From an uncultured Acidobacteriota bacterium (lineage in GTDB: Bacteria > Acidobacteriota > Vicinamibacteria > Vicinamibacterales > CAVPJW01): a stretch of DNA of 64,000 nucleotides. The stretch's first letter is position 1. Each line of letters begins with the position of its first letter. This document shows, piece by piece, positions 1 to 10,406 of the stretch. The position numbers and the translations under genes were made by a program. Location: NCBI GenBank assembly GCA_963826865.1, contig CAWGYQ010000007.1:8605-72604 (forward strand). The letters run 5' to 3'. Under the pieces are notes generated by a model. It saw only the letters and a program-made list of their open reading frames with translations. It searched no databases and was not told the DNA's origin.

Positions 1-318
1 CGTGGCCGGCTTGCCACGCGTGGACGTGCTGTCGATCATCTTGCCGTTTGTCGTCCACCCGGTGTACCAGACGGTGACGGTGTCGGCTGCCACCGGATGA
101 ACCGTGCCCGTGCCGGGCGCGAGAACCTTCGAATAGAGGCCGGTGGGGCTCTTGGTGGCGTCAGCAGGAGGACGTGCGACATCCGGTGGCACGGGATCGG
201 GCGATCGCCGGCCGAAGGCCGGTTCCATCTGCGGAGCGGCTACGATCCGGGCGTCCTGTAAGCCGACGAGCACGAGCACGCTCAGCAGCACGGAGCCGAG
301 CCATGATGAAACAGGCAT
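1..318 (-). CDS. FKBP-type peptidyl-prolyl cis-trans isomerase with signal peptide (5' part; runs off window edge)
   Basis: Manual translation from ATG 318 gives MPVSSWLGSVLLSVLVLVG...PPADATKSPTGLYSKVLAPGTGTVHPVAADTVTVWYTGWTTNGKMIDSTSTRGKPAT, an FKBP N-terminal pattern. Absent from the ORF track. Confidence 0.85.
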   Translation of the reverse strand, partial: MPVSSWLGSVLLSVLVLVGLQDARIVAAPQMEPAFGRRSPDPVPPDVARPPADATKSPTGLYSKVLAPGTGTVHPVAADTVTVWYTGWTTNGKMIDSTSTRGKPAT

Positions 319-632
319 CGACGTATCGTCGTGGTTTTTGTAACGCGTTGCAACCGGGCCAGCTCCGAGCGCCGGGACAATCGTCGTCTGCGGACAGCTG
401 GCCGCCGCACGGGACGTTCGCTCCAACGTAATTGGCATCGCACGCGCCTCGCATTCGTGCCATCCCAACGCCGTCATCGCGCGGCGCACGTCGATTTGGG
501 CGGTCGCCATGCTATTCGTATGAGAGCGCCTGTTCGACCGGGACGATGTGACCTGGCGGCGTCGCGCCAGCGAACCGCGTACAATCGAGGCCTGGACCTT
601 GTTTCGCGACTTGGGACGTTCGAGAGGTACTT

Positions 633-1106
633 ATGCGTCACGCGGTGTGCGTCTTGATCATGGGCGTCGTGCTGGCGGCCTTGCGGCCAGCCCTTGCGCA
701 GCAAAACGCGGCCAGCGACGAGGCCGCAGTCCGTGCTGCGGTCGAAACGTTTCTGACCGACTTCGGTCGCCTCGACTACCACAAGGTGTCGGCGGCTCTC
801 ACCCCTCGGTCGCTCGTGGCCGTCAGCCGGCAGCGCGATGGCGGGTTCGTGAACACCGTGATGAGCGGCGAGGAATGGCTCGCCTCGCTCTGGGCAAACC
901 CGATGCCTGGGCCAATCGAGGAGCCGCTGTCGAACGTCCGAGTCATCGTGGAGAGCGGAACGCTCGCGCACGTCAGGGCCGACTTTCAAGTCCTGCGCGA
1001 GGGGAAGCGCCTCTCATCCGGCGTGGATCACTTTACGCTCGTGCGCGAGCCCGACGGATGGAAGATCGCCGCGATCGCGTACACGTCGATACCCGCGACT
1101 CGCTAG
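633..1106 (+). CDS. Secreted NTF2-like/SnoaL (DUF4440-type) protein
   Basis: Signal peptide ending ALA-QQ; DEAAVRAAVETF start and GVDHFTLVREPDGWKI end are typical of the NTF2-like fold. Confidence 0.7.
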   Translation: MRHAVCVLIMGVVLAALRPALAQQNAASDEAAVRAAVETFLTDFGRLDYHKVSAALTPRSLVAVSRQRDGGFVNTVMSGEEWLASLWANPMPGPIEEPLSNVRVIVESGTLAHVRADFQVLREGKRLSSGVDHFTLVREPDGWKIAAIAYTSIPATR

Positions 1107-1238
1107 GGACTTTCGCCGTCGTCAAGGACGACGAACCGGCCGCGCCAACCGGCTCGCTGGCGGGCTGGTGGTCGAATCCGCCAGCACGCCATTCGGAACG
1201 AAGAGTGGCGCGTCGGCTCCGAAACAGGATCTGACTGC

Positions 1239-2129
1239 ATGAGCCTGAGGGGCGAAACCTCGAAAAAGGTGCATGCCATTGGTGCAGCGTTCTTGACCGG
1301 CTGCCTCGGTCTGATACCCCTGAGCCACGCCCAATCGCCCGGACCGTCAGCTCGCAAGGCCGCGCCGTCAGCTCCTGCCGGCTGGCAATGGATTCGCCCC
1401 GGCCGGTTCGAAATGGGATGTGTGCCGACGGATCGGGAGTGTCATGTCAACGAAACGCCGCGCCACCCGGTTGTGCTGACGCGGGGATTCTTCATCATGC
1501 GGACCGAGGTGACGGTCGGCGTGTTCTCAGAATTTGGCCCGAAGGCTGGCGTCAAGCTGCCACGCCAGCCGTTCTGGAGTGACAGGGACGACCGTCCCGT
1601 CGTCAACGTCACGTGGGGGGAAGCCAGCCAATTCTGCACCAGGGCGTTCAACGGCAGGCTTCCCACCGAAGCTGAATGGGAATACGCCGCGCGTGGGGGC
1701 GCGGTCGACGCGACGTTCTTCTGGGGCTCTACCTTCGACAGGTCGCTCGTGAACGGTCTCGGCAGGCGAGGCAACGACCGGTGGGTTTACGCGGCCCCAG
1801 TGGGGTCTTTTGCTCCGAACGATCGCGGGCTCTTCGACGTGCTCGGGAACGTCTGGGAATGGACAGCCGATCCCTACCAGCGTGCGTATTTTGCACGGTC
1901 GCCGCTAGAGGATCCCCGCGGCCCAAGATCTAGCGATCTTCGGGTGGTGCGCGGGGGTTCCTGGGATAGTGTGCCAAGACGCTTGCGACTCTCGGTGAGA
2001 ACAGGTCTCTCGGAGTTTGGCCGTCACACGCTGTATGTTGGTTTTCGTTGCGCAGCGGACGGCGCCATGGCTCCACCCTCGCTTCCCGATATGCCCCGTC
2101 CCGCTACTCGAAACGCGCCCCGACCGTGA
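1239..2129 (+). CDS. Secreted formylglycine-generating enzyme (SUMF1/FGE-sulfatase) fold protein
   Basis: Motifs FEMG, ETPRHPV, RLPTEAEWEYAARGG, GNVWEW, RGGSW, GFRC. Confidence 0.85.
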   Translation: MSLRGETSKKVHAIGAAFLTGCLGLIPLSHAQSPGPSARKAAPSAPAGWQWIRPGRFEMGCVPTDRECHVNETPRHPVVLTRGFFIMRTEVTVGVFSEFGPKAGVKLPRQPFWSDRDDRPVVNVTWGEASQFCTRAFNGRLPTEAEWEYAARGGAVDATFFWGSTFDRSLVNGLGRRGNDRWVYAAPVGSFAPNDRGLFDVLGNVWEWTADPYQRAYFARSPLEDPRGPRSSDLRVVRGGSWDSVPRRLRLSVRTGLSEFGRHTLYVGFRCAADGAMAPPSLPDMPRPATRNAPRP

Positions 2130-3591
2130 GGTCGGAACGAATCGGAATCGACAGCTGCCACTGGGTTGCGGGCACGCTTCGTCCATCCACCAACCAGCCC
2201 GCGAAGCGGTCGCGAGATTCTTCGGGAACCTCGAGCCGCAGCTCGTTGCCAGGGAGATAGAGCCCTTCGTAATTCGTCGAGACCCTGAAGCCGTCAATCA
2301 GCAGAGGGCGTTGTTCGAGATTCTGGACGAACACGCGTCTGCTCGGATCAAGATTCAGGTGCTCCTCAGTGAGCTGGCGGAGGAAGGCCGGCCGCCGTTC
2401 GATGAACCTCTTGAGCAGCACGAGATAACGCTGGTCCCTGACGCCGTAGCCGACGGCGATGCGCTGGTAGTACTCGTAGCGTTCGCGCAGGTACTCCGGA
2501 GTCACCCGGTGGTTCGTCATCTCGTCGAAGAGCCTCGCGAAATACGCCCGGTACTCCGGATCTTCCTGGAGCAGCCGCGTCAACACGTACGGGCGAATCT
2601 CGTTAGAGCGCCGCCCGCGCCTCGGCTCGGCGACGCGTTCCAGTGATGCCTGGAAGCTGTCGTGATTCCACTCCATGAAGCTGGCGTCCATGTCCCAGTT
2701 GATCCAGAACCACTTCGCGCCAGGCTTGCGCTCGTCCCGGAACTGGTTGGGCGCCTGAAACGCATCGTGGGTGTCGCACATGAGGATCGAGAGAAACCAG
2801 CGCGTGAGATTCTCGAGGTCCATCAGCTCGCCCACCGTCGCCATCGTCATGTGCCGCAGGCGAGACACGCGGCTCCAGAGCTGGTTGCCCTCCGGAATCG
2901 TCGGAAAAAAGTCCTCGTGGCCGAAATGTGTTCGAAAGTAGTTGGGGCCGAGATGCTCGCTCAACACGTAGAGGCCCTGGCTTTCTCCATTCAAGTAGAA
3001 GCGGACGGGCTTCGTGTCGACGGTCAGGCAGCCAATCTTCCTGGCGATGTCATAGGCCAGTGGATTGGTCAGATGCCAATAGCGGCCGGTGTGCCTGCGA
3101 AGGTCGTTATGAACGACGATGCGTCGCAAGGGATGGCTTGCGGGACCAAAGATCACTCCGGGGGCGAACTCCTCGACGCCGTACTCACGCCGGAAGAACA
3201 CGCGATAACTCTGCACGGCCGTTCCGAATCGGCTGCTGCCGCCGTGAATCCTCAGGCCGGCGCCGCCGGCGTGACGGAGGACCCCGCCTTCGTAGTACGA
3301 CAGGCTCACGGCCCGCTCCCATTCCCGTCCACGCTCCGTGGTGTGGCGCAGAATGCCGGTGTCGCGATCGTAAAGATCCTTCTCGTCGACGAACAGAGAC
3401 AACACGGCATCACCCCGCCCGACCGCATCGGCGGGCGCGATGAGTGAGCTGGGGAGATCGGCCGGCGATCGCTGGAGGGCGAGGCGAAGGAGCGGAAAAG
3501 CCCCCCGGTGTTCGACCGCCAGACCAACCGCCGTCAGAACGAGCAGCCCGGCGAGAATGGGCACGAAGCTGCGAAAGCGTGAAGTGGCCAT
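2104..3591 (-). CDS. CotH-family atypical kinase-like exported protein
   Basis: N-terminal hydrophobic anchor; GLRIHGGSSR, YLNGESQGLY..E and WINWDMDASF motifs resemble CotH. Confidence 0.7.
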   Translation of the reverse strand: MATSRFRSFVPILAGLLVLTAVGLAVEHRGAFPLLRLALQRSPADLPSSLIAPADAVGRGDAVLSLFVDEKDLYDRDTGILRHTTERGREWERAVSLSYYEGGVLRHAGGAGLRIHGGSSRFGTAVQSYRVFFRREYGVEEFAPGVIFGPASHPLRRIVVHNDLRRHTGRYWHLTNPLAYDIARKIGCLTVDTKPVRFYLNGESQGLYVLSEHLGPNYFRTHFGHEDFFPTIPEGNQLWSRVSRLRHMTMATVGELMDLENLTRWFLSILMCDTHDAFQAPNQFRDERKPGAKWFWINWDMDASFMEWNHDSFQASLERVAEPRRGRRSNEIRPYVLTRLLQEDPEYRAYFARLFDEMTNHRVTPEYLRERYEYYQRIAVGYGVRDQRYLVLLKRFIERRPAFLRQLTEEHLNLDPSRRVFVQNLEQRPLLIDGFRVSTNYEGLYLPGNELRLEVPEESRDRFAGWLVDGRSVPATQWQLSIPIRSDLTVGARFE

Positions 3592-3706
3592 GACGATGAG
3601 CCGACGTGGCGAGCGCGCCGCGCGGCTGGTCTTCCCATGATAGCGAAGCCGCGGCCATTCTCCGAAGGCCTTCGATCGACGTCACCATTCGGATAGGATT
3701 CGAGTT

Positions 3707-4930
3707 ATGCCGGACCTCGAAATCGCACCGGGACCGTGTCGGATTCCGGGGCGGGATTCGCCTTGTCTGCTCTTGCTGTTCGTCTGTTTCCTCTGCGCGT
3801 TGTCGGGTCCGTCCGCCGGCCAGTCCCGACCCCGGGCGCGCGACCTGGGCGTGCCCTTTGACGGGTTGCCGGGTCCGCTCAATGCGATTACCGATGTCGC
3901 GGGCGTCGAGGTGGGGCACGCGACGATCATCTCCGGCGAGGGCGCGCTCAAGCTGGGGAGTGGACCGGTCAGAACAGGAGTGACGGCAGTCTTTCCGCGG
4001 GGCGCTCGTTCGAACGATCTCGTGTTCGCTGGATGGTTTTCGCTGAACGGCAACGGCGAGATGACTGGCACGACCTGGGTGGAGGAATCGGGCTTCCTCG
4101 AAGGGCCGGTGATGATCACGAACACCCATAGCGTGGGTGTGGTGCGCGACGCCGTCGTCCGCTGGCGCGTGCAGCATGGCCAGGCGGACTCGTCCGGTTA
4201 CTGGTGGTCTCTGCCGGTCGTCGCCGAGACCTGGGATGGGTATCTCAACGACATCAATGGATTTCACGTGAAGGAGTCTCACGTTTTCGACGCGATTTCT
4301 GCGGCCCGATCTGGTGCGGTCGTCGAGGGCTCGGTCGGCGGTGGTACGGGGATGATCTGCCACGAGTTCAAGGGCGGGATCGGAACAGCTTCACGCGTCG
4401 TCGATGCCGCCGGGGGGTCGTATACGGTGGGAGTGCTCGTGCAATGCAACTACGGCTTGCGCGATCAGCTTCGAGTGGCAGGCGTGCCTGTCGGACGGGA
4501 AATCACCGACGGTGTACCCAAAGAGGGCGACGAGCACGGTTCGATCATCATTGTTGTGGGAACCGATGCTCCGCTGCTGCCACACCAGCTCAAGCGGCTG
4601 GCGCGGCGGGCTGCGCTCGGCCTGGCGCGCAATGGAAGCGTCGCCGGCAATGGATCGGGCGACATTTTTATCGCCTTTTCGACTGCCAATGAGCGCGCAG
4701 CCGCTCCGGATCGTGCGGTCGCGTTGTCGATGCTGCCGAACGATCGGATGAACTCGCTCTTCACGGCCACCGTCGAAGCTACCGAGGAGGCCATCATCAA
4801 CGCCATGGTTGCGTCGGGGACCATGACGGGCATCGATGGCCACGTGGTGATTGGTCTCCCTCACGAAAGGCTGCGCGAGGTTCTTCGGAAGTACAACAGG
4901 CTGAGCGAGCGCGGCCGGGCCCTACGTTGA
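3707..4930 (+). CDS. DmpA/P1-family (S58) L-aminopeptidase
   Basis: RARDLGVP, NAITDVAGVEVGH, EGSVGGGTGM, GSIIIV autoprocessing site, GSGDIFIAFST. Confidence 0.9.
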   Translation: MPDLEIAPGPCRIPGRDSPCLLLLFVCFLCALSGPSAGQSRPRARDLGVPFDGLPGPLNAITDVAGVEVGHATIISGEGALKLGSGPVRTGVTAVFPRGARSNDLVFAGWFSLNGNGEMTGTTWVEESGFLEGPVMITNTHSVGVVRDAVVRWRVQHGQADSSGYWWSLPVVAETWDGYLNDINGFHVKESHVFDAISAARSGAVVEGSVGGGTGMICHEFKGGIGTASRVVDAAGGSYTVGVLVQCNYGLRDQLRVAGVPVGREITDGVPKEGDEHGSIIIVVGTDAPLLPHQLKRLARRAALGLARNGSVAGNGSGDIFIAFSTANERAAAPDRAVALSMLPNDRMNSLFTATVEATEEAIINAMVASGTMTGIDGHVVIGLPHERLREVLRKYNRLSERGRALR

Positions 4931-5895
4931 ATGGTCAGTCAATGAGACACCGTGTCGTGACTCGAGCGAGGAGTACGTCGATCCCGAAACGCGGAGCGCG
5001 CGCCGGCCGGCCCGTTGGGCCACCCCCGTCGGACGTCCCGCTGCGGAATACACGGATTGCCTTCATTGGGACGGGCGCGATGGCCGAGGCGATGATTGGC
5101 GGGCTGCTGGCTGACCACCTGGTCGAGCCTTCCGACATCGTCGCCAGTCACCACCGTGAGGCGCGGAACGCCGACCTGAAGGCGCGCCTTGGCATCGACG
5201 CCACCACCGACAATCGCGCGGCCGCCCACGATGCGCAGGTCGTCGTGCTGTCGGTGAAGCCTCAGGTGCTTCGGACGGTCTTCAAGGAACTGCGAGGCGC
5301 CATTCAGCCGTCAGCGCTGGTGCTCTCGATTGTGGCCGGGGCACGCATCGAGTCAATCGCCCGAGGTCTAGGCCACCGCGCCATCGTTCGATCCATGCCG
5401 AATACGCCAGCGCAGGTCGGCGAGGGTATGACGGTTTGGACCGCGACCTCGGACGTGGCTCCCAGCCAGCGCGCCCAGGCGGCAGCGATACTCCGAGCGC
5501 TTGGGCATGAGCTCTACACCGACGCCGAGGAGTTCCTCGACATGGCGACGGCCATCAGCGCCACCGGCCCGACCTATGTCTTCCTGCTCATGGAGGCTCT
5601 GATCGATGCGGCCGTGCACCTTGGCTTCTCTCGCACGGACGCGCGCGCGATCGTCGTGCAGACCGTGAAGGGCGCCGCGGTCTTCGCTGAGCGATCGAGC
5701 ATGCATCCCGCCCAGATGCGCAACATGGTGACGTCGCCGGGTGGAACGAGTGCGGAGGCGCTCTACCAGCTCGAGAAAGGCGCGTTTCGAACGGTGCTCT
5801 CGAAGGCCGTCTGGGCCGCTTACCAACGGAGCGTCTCGCTTGGCGCCCTCAGCAGCCAAGTGCCGCCGTTCGAGCCCGATCGGGGCTCCTCGTAG
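4927..5895 (+). CDS. proC: Pyrroline-5-carboxylate reductase (true start may be further downstream)
   Basis: IAFIGTGAMA Rossmann motif, VKPQ, RSMPNTP, VTSPGGTS. Confidence 0.92.
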   Translation: MNGQSMRHRVVTRARSTSIPKRGARAGRPVGPPPSDVPLRNTRIAFIGTGAMAEAMIGGLLADHLVEPSDIVASHHREARNADLKARLGIDATTDNRAAAHDAQVVVLSVKPQVLRTVFKELRGAIQPSALVLSIVAGARIESIARGLGHRAIVRSMPNTPAQVGEGMTVWTATSDVAPSQRAQAAAILRALGHELYTDAEEFLDMATAISATGPTYVFLLMEALIDAAVHLGFSRTDARAIVVQTVKGAAVFAERSSMHPAQMRNMVTSPGGTSAEALYQLEKGAFRTVLSKAVWAAYQRSVSLGALSSQVPPFEPDRGSS

Positions 5896-5967
5896 ATCGC
5901 CCGCGATCGCAGCGATACCCTCCGCGGCCCTGGTCACGGACGTCGCCGTCGTTTCAGGAGGCGTGGC

Positions 5968-7062
5968 ATGAACCGTCTGATGCTCATGATCGGTACCCGC
6001 AAGGGGGCTTTTCTCGCATTCTCGGACCGCGACCGACGGCAGTGGGAGCTCAGCGGTCCGCTGCTTCAGGGTTACGAGGTCAATCACGTTGCCTGGCTGA
6101 CCGGTGGTACCCCGACGCTGGCAGTGGCCTGCAAGACCGAGTGGTGGGGGCCAGACATCCGCTTGTCACAGGACCTGGGTGAGTCCTGGCTGGAACCGTC
6201 GCGCACCGTTCGCTTCCCGGAAGACCGCGGCTTGTCAGTGGCGCGCGTGTGGACCATCTCGGAGGATCGCCGAGGCGGGCCCGTGCGACTGTTGGCCGGC
6301 GTGGACCCGGGAGGGCTTTTCCAAAGCCATGACGAAGGCGTCACCTGGGAGGAGGTCCGCAGCCTGACGGATCATCCTACCCGCGAGAAGTGGCAGCCTG
6401 GCGCGGGTGGCCTCATGGTTCATTCCATCTGTCACGACTCCACGAGCGTGGATCGCAGCTATGTGGGTATTTCGGCCGCGGGTGTTTTCAGGACCGATGA
6501 CGGCGGCGAGACGTGGCAGCCGAAGAACACGGGCGTGCGAGCCGACTTCCTGCCAGATGTATTTCCGTCAGTGGGCCAGTGCGTGCATCATCTGGTGATT
6601 CACCCGACTCGCGGCGACGTGCTCTATCAGCAGAATCACTGCGGCGTCTATCGCTCGGACAACGCAGGCGACGACTGGGTGGACATTTCGGAGGGACTTC
6701 CGTCACGGTTTGGATTCCCGATGGCGGTCCATCCCCATGACGGTGACACTGTCTATGTCGTGCCGGAAGCCGCCGATACGGCGCGCGTCTCAACGGGTGG
6801 GGCTTTTCGGGTGTTTCGCAGCCGCACGGGCGGTCGTTCCTGGGAGGCCCTCACCGACGGGCTTCCACAAACCAATGCCTATGCGAATGTGTATCGCATG
6901 GCGATGACCACCGATCGGCTCAATCCTGCCGGCGTTTACGTTGGCACTCAGGGCGGTCAAATCCTCGTCAGCCGCGATTCTGGTGACCACTGGCAGTTGG
7001 TGATCGGGTGGCTTCCGCCGATCTATTCGCTCGAGGTCGCTGAGATAGACGGCGCGCTGTAG
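5968..7062 (+). CDS. BNR/Asp-box repeat beta-propeller (glycosyl hydrolase/sialidase-like)
   Basis: Repeated SxDxGxxW Asp boxes; GTRKG N-terminus; QQNHCGVYRSD; RBS aggagg upstream. Confidence 0.85.
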   Translation: MNRLMLMIGTRKGAFLAFSDRDRRQWELSGPLLQGYEVNHVAWLTGGTPTLAVACKTEWWGPDIRLSQDLGESWLEPSRTVRFPEDRGLSVARVWTISEDRRGGPVRLLAGVDPGGLFQSHDEGVTWEEVRSLTDHPTREKWQPGAGGLMVHSICHDSTSVDRSYVGISAAGVFRTDDGGETWQPKNTGVRADFLPDVFPSVGQCVHHLVIHPTRGDVLYQQNHCGVYRSDNAGDDWVDISEGLPSRFGFPMAVHPHDGDTVYVVPEAADTARVSTGGAFRVFRSRTGGRSWEALTDGLPQTNAYANVYRMAMTTDRLNPAGVYVGTQGGQILVSRDSGDHWQLVIGWLPPIYSLEVAEIDGAL

Positions 7063-7071
7063 GTGCCGAGA

Positions 7072-7455
7072 TCAGCCTTTGCGCCGCAGCACGGCGTCGA
7101 GGCTCAGCGGCCCCGATCCGCGGGCGGAGAAATACAGGAACAGGAAGCAGTAGAGCGCCGCCAGTTCACCGCCATTCAAGATCGGCCAGAAGCCGTCCGG
7201 CGCGTGCCGCAGGAAGTACGCAACCGCCATCTGACCGCTGGCGAGGAACGCCACCGGGCTGGTCGCCAGTCCGACGGCAATCAGGGTGCCTCCGAAAAAC
7301 TCGATGACTCCGGCCACCCCACGCAGCGACAACAGGGCAGGCACGTTGTCTTCTCCGAGCCAGCCAAACAACTTCTGTGCGCCATGGCACGCGAAGAGAA
7401 ACCCGGCCACGATCCGCAACAACGAATAAAACGTCCCCGCAAGCGCTCCGAGCAT
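7072..7455 (-). CDS. DoxX family membrane protein
   Basis: LRIVAGFLFACHGAQKLFG, GQMAVAYF, NGGELA, GSGPLSLD. Confidence 0.9.
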   Translation of the reverse strand: MLGALAGTFYSLLRIVAGFLFACHGAQKLFGWLGEDNVPALLSLRGVAGVIEFFGGTLIAVGLATSPVAFLASGQMAVAYFLRHAPDGFWPILNGGELAALYCFLFLYFSARGSGPLSLDAVLRRKG

Positions 7456-7571
7456 CGTTGCCTCGCTTTAGCGTGGGCCGAAGGCCCTGACGTGACGCAT
7501 CTTACACGCAGTCTGGCCCCGCCCGAGGGATTCCCGTATGCTGTGATCGCCTGCCTGGAGCCTTCCGAACG

Positions 7572-8328
7572 ATGGATCCCTCGCGTTTCGACGCCGCGGT
7601 CGAAGACTGGCTACAGTACCAAGCCAACGGGCCTGGGCAGATTCGTGGCGAGCTTCTCTGGCGGGGACTGGCGAGGCATCTCCCTCGCGAGGCGGCTTCG
7701 GTGCTCGACGTCGGTGGCGGTACCGGTGAGCTCGCGATCCGGCTCGCGCGGGCGGGACACCATGTCACGGTGGTGGATTTTTCGCCAGCGATGCTCGTGG
7801 CCGCACGCACACGGACCGACGGCCTCGACGTGCGCTGCCTGGTCGGACGAGCCGAGGAACTTTCACCGCAGGCGCTGGGAGTCTTCGAAGTCGTGACATG
7901 TCACTCTGTACTGGAATTCACCGACGACCCCTCGGCGGTATTGGCGGCCTGCGCGCGGTGTCTGGCTCCGAACGGGCTTCTGTCAGTGGCGTTCGGCAAC
8001 TCCCGGTACCTGCCTCTCAAGACGGCGGTGACGACCGGGGCCTTTCGACGGGCGCGAGACGAGGCTGAGGGCCGAGGGGAAGCTCTGGACTGCTTCGGCC
8101 TGCCGAAACGGCTCTTTCGAGCCGAGACGATCACTGCTCTGCTGGGTCACCACGGCTTCAAGACGACGGCTGAGTACCGGCATCCGCGTGGTCACGGACT
8201 TGCTCCACCCGTCAATCGAGGATGCGCCGGAACGGTTCGACGAGCTGATGTCCCTCGAAGCGGAGCTGATGCTGGACGCCGCCTACTGTGCGGTTGCCCG
8301 GTATGTGCACATTGTTGCCGAGCGCTGA
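7572..8328 (+). CDS. Class I SAM methyltransferase (SmtA/CmoM-like), apparent frameshift near 8178
   Basis: VLDVGGGTG, CHSVLEF. The alternative frame after ~8178 gives GIRVVTDLL...LEAEL...ARYVHIVAER, stop at 8328. Confidence 0.75.
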
Positions 8329-8403
8329 TGTGTGCAACACGGTGGCCGTGGGACTGACGATTGCGCGGGAGGTCAATGCGCCGCGCCCAGGTGATCTGAA
8401 GAC

Positions 8404-9318
8404 ATGATGAGCAAACACCGTGTGATCCTGATTGTCGCGCTGGTGTCCGGCATCGGGGCCGGCGAACGTGGCTCACAGCAGGTGGCTGATGCGCCGCCCG
8501 CGAGCGGCGAGCCCGTCGTCCTGGTCGGAGCCGGTGACATCGCGAAGTGCGACATGATTCGTGGCGCAGAGGCAACGTCCCGCGTGCTGGACACGATCCC
8601 GGGCACAATATTTACGGTCGGCGATCATGCCTACGAAGATGGCTCGGCCCGTTCCTTTCAAATGTGCTACGAGCCCACCTGGGGACGTCACAAGAATCGG
8701 ACGCGCCCTTCTCCCGGCAACCACGACTATCGGACCCAGAACGGTCGGCCGTACTTTGACTATTTCGGGGAGGCCGCGGGCCCAGGCGACCGGGGCTATT
8801 ACAGCTACGACCTCGGCGCCTGGCACATCATCTCGCTGAACAGCATTGTCCCGGCGGGTACGGGATCGCCCCAGGGGCGGTGGCTGCGCGAGGACCTCGC
8901 TTCCAACCCCAGGCCGTGCACGCTGGCCTACTGGCACGCGCCGCTCTTCAGCTCCGGCCCGCACGGCCCGGATCCTCATATGCGGGACGTCTGGCGAATG
9001 CTGTACGAGTCCGGCGTCGACGTCGTCGTGAATGGCCACGATCACCTCTACGAGCGATTCGCCCGCCAGAGTCCGGATGGTCGGACGGATCCCGATCGCG
9101 GCATTCGGCAGTTCACCGTCGGCACCGGAGGCGGCGGTGTCTACAAGATCCAGCGGCGGCTGCCCACCAGTGAGATCGTGGACAACTCGTCCTACGGCGT
9201 TCTCAAGTTCACGCTCGCGGCGACGAGTTATCAGTGGGAGTTCGTTCCGGCAACCGGGCAGTTCCGGGATGCTGGCGAAGACACTTGCGTCGAGACGCCG
9301 GTGCCGCCGGGGCGATAA
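8404..9318 (+). CDS. Secreted calcineurin-like metallophosphoesterase
   Basis: AGDIA, VGD, PGNHDY, GHDH metal-binding motifs; signal peptide. Confidence 0.88.
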   Translation: MMSKHRVILIVALVSGIGAGERGSQQVADAPPASGEPVVLVGAGDIAKCDMIRGAEATSRVLDTIPGTIFTVGDHAYEDGSARSFQMCYEPTWGRHKNRTRPSPGNHDYRTQNGRPYFDYFGEAAGPGDRGYYSYDLGAWHIISLNSIVPAGTGSPQGRWLREDLASNPRPCTLAYWHAPLFSSGPHGPDPHMRDVWRMLYESGVDVVVNGHDHLYERFARQSPDGRTDPDRGIRQFTVGTGGGGVYKIQRRLPTSEIVDNSSYGVLKFTLAATSYQWEFVPATGQFRDAGEDTCVETPVPPGR

Positions 9319-9339
9319 ACCGAAACCGATGGTGGATGG

Positions 9340-9987
9340 CTACAAGCGACGAGCGACGGGCCTGCCACAGTGCGGGCAGGCATCCAACGAGGTGTGCGCC
9401 TCTGACACGTGACCGCACGATGGGCACCGCGAGGCGTCGACCTTCAGGAACGTTCGAAATCGCGCGCTGACACGATCGCGGATGGTGTTGACGCGTTCAG
9501 AAGACACATCGTCGGAGGGACGCCATCCGGTGCCAGGCATCGTCCGACCCCGCGAAGTGGTCAGCTGTACCCTCAGGAGACGCAATCGAACTTCGCGTGC
9601 GGCCAGGAGGAGTCGGCGGATCTCGGCGCCCAGGGTTTCCGGCAAACACGGTGCGGTGAGCGTCGAATCGACAGCCGACTCGAAACCGGTTCGTGCCTTG
9701 TCGACGGTACCCACCAGTATGTAAGGAATGTCCCGGGTCCGCGGGTCTTGCTTCAGACGGCGGCCCAGTGCGAGCGCGTCGACTCCGTCGGGATCGTGAA
9801 TCGAGGCGATGACGTCCGGTCCGCAGACGAGGCTCTTGTTGAAGGCCTCCTGAGAGTCGCCAGCCGTTTCGAGGCGAAAGCCGAACGTCGTGAGGATTTC
9901 GGCGTAGGATCGGCGCGCAGTAGTGTCTCGGTCGACGAGCAGCACGAGCTCGGGAAAGACGGAGCCTTGGGCAGGATGAAGCGCCAT
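9340..9987 (-). CDS. Atypical receiver-domain protein with C-terminal zinc ribbon
   Basis: VLLVD...PDVI...GVDALALGRRLKQDPRTRDIP receiver pattern; CPSC-x11-CPHC at the C-terminus. Confidence 0.65.
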   Translation of the reverse strand: MALHPAQGSVFPELVLLVDRDTTARRSYAEILTTFGFRLETAGDSQEAFNKSLVCGPDVIASIHDPDGVDALALGRRLKQDPRTRDIPYILVGTVDKARTGFESAVDSTLTAPCLPETLGAEIRRLLLAAREVRLRLLRVQLTTSRGRTMPGTGWRPSDDVSSERVNTIRDRVSARFRTFLKVDASRCPSCGHVSEAHTSLDACPHCGRPVARRL

Positions 9988-10406
9988 GATCGGCTTTCCG
10001 GCTTCGGACCCGAACGTTCAGCGGGCACCGTAGGCGGTGCCGCGAGAAGCTCACTATACGTCCGGCGCCGACTCTCAACAATAAAATAGATGGAGGGGCT
10101 TCGCGGCGGCGAACCTCGCTGTGCGGCCGTGCGGCCTCGAGAGCGAATGGACGATCGCGGGTAGCGGTCCCGCATTCGGCTCGGGTCGACCGAGTGGGAA
10201 CTCAGCGGGGACGCTGCGTGCAATGACGGCGCGCACGAATCTGCGATCCGATCTCACTTTTCCCGCGTGAGACGTACGGCCACGACCCCTTGGGAAAGTT
10301 GTCGCGTTCGCGTTAAAATCCCTGCGCCCCGGGCGGGAACGGGTTTCGGTGCCAGTTCCGGCCGTCCGGCAGTGGTTGTCCCCTTCATCCCGATTGGAGC
10401 CGCGAG

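Noticed and set aside
433-448. GG-N10-GC sigma-54-like match
   Set aside because: The -12 element (GCGC) is poor, and such matches are expected by chance in GC-rich DNA.
1239-2129. FGE/C-type-lectin fold as a diversity-generating retroelement target
   Set aside because: No reverse transcriptase or template repeat seen in the window.
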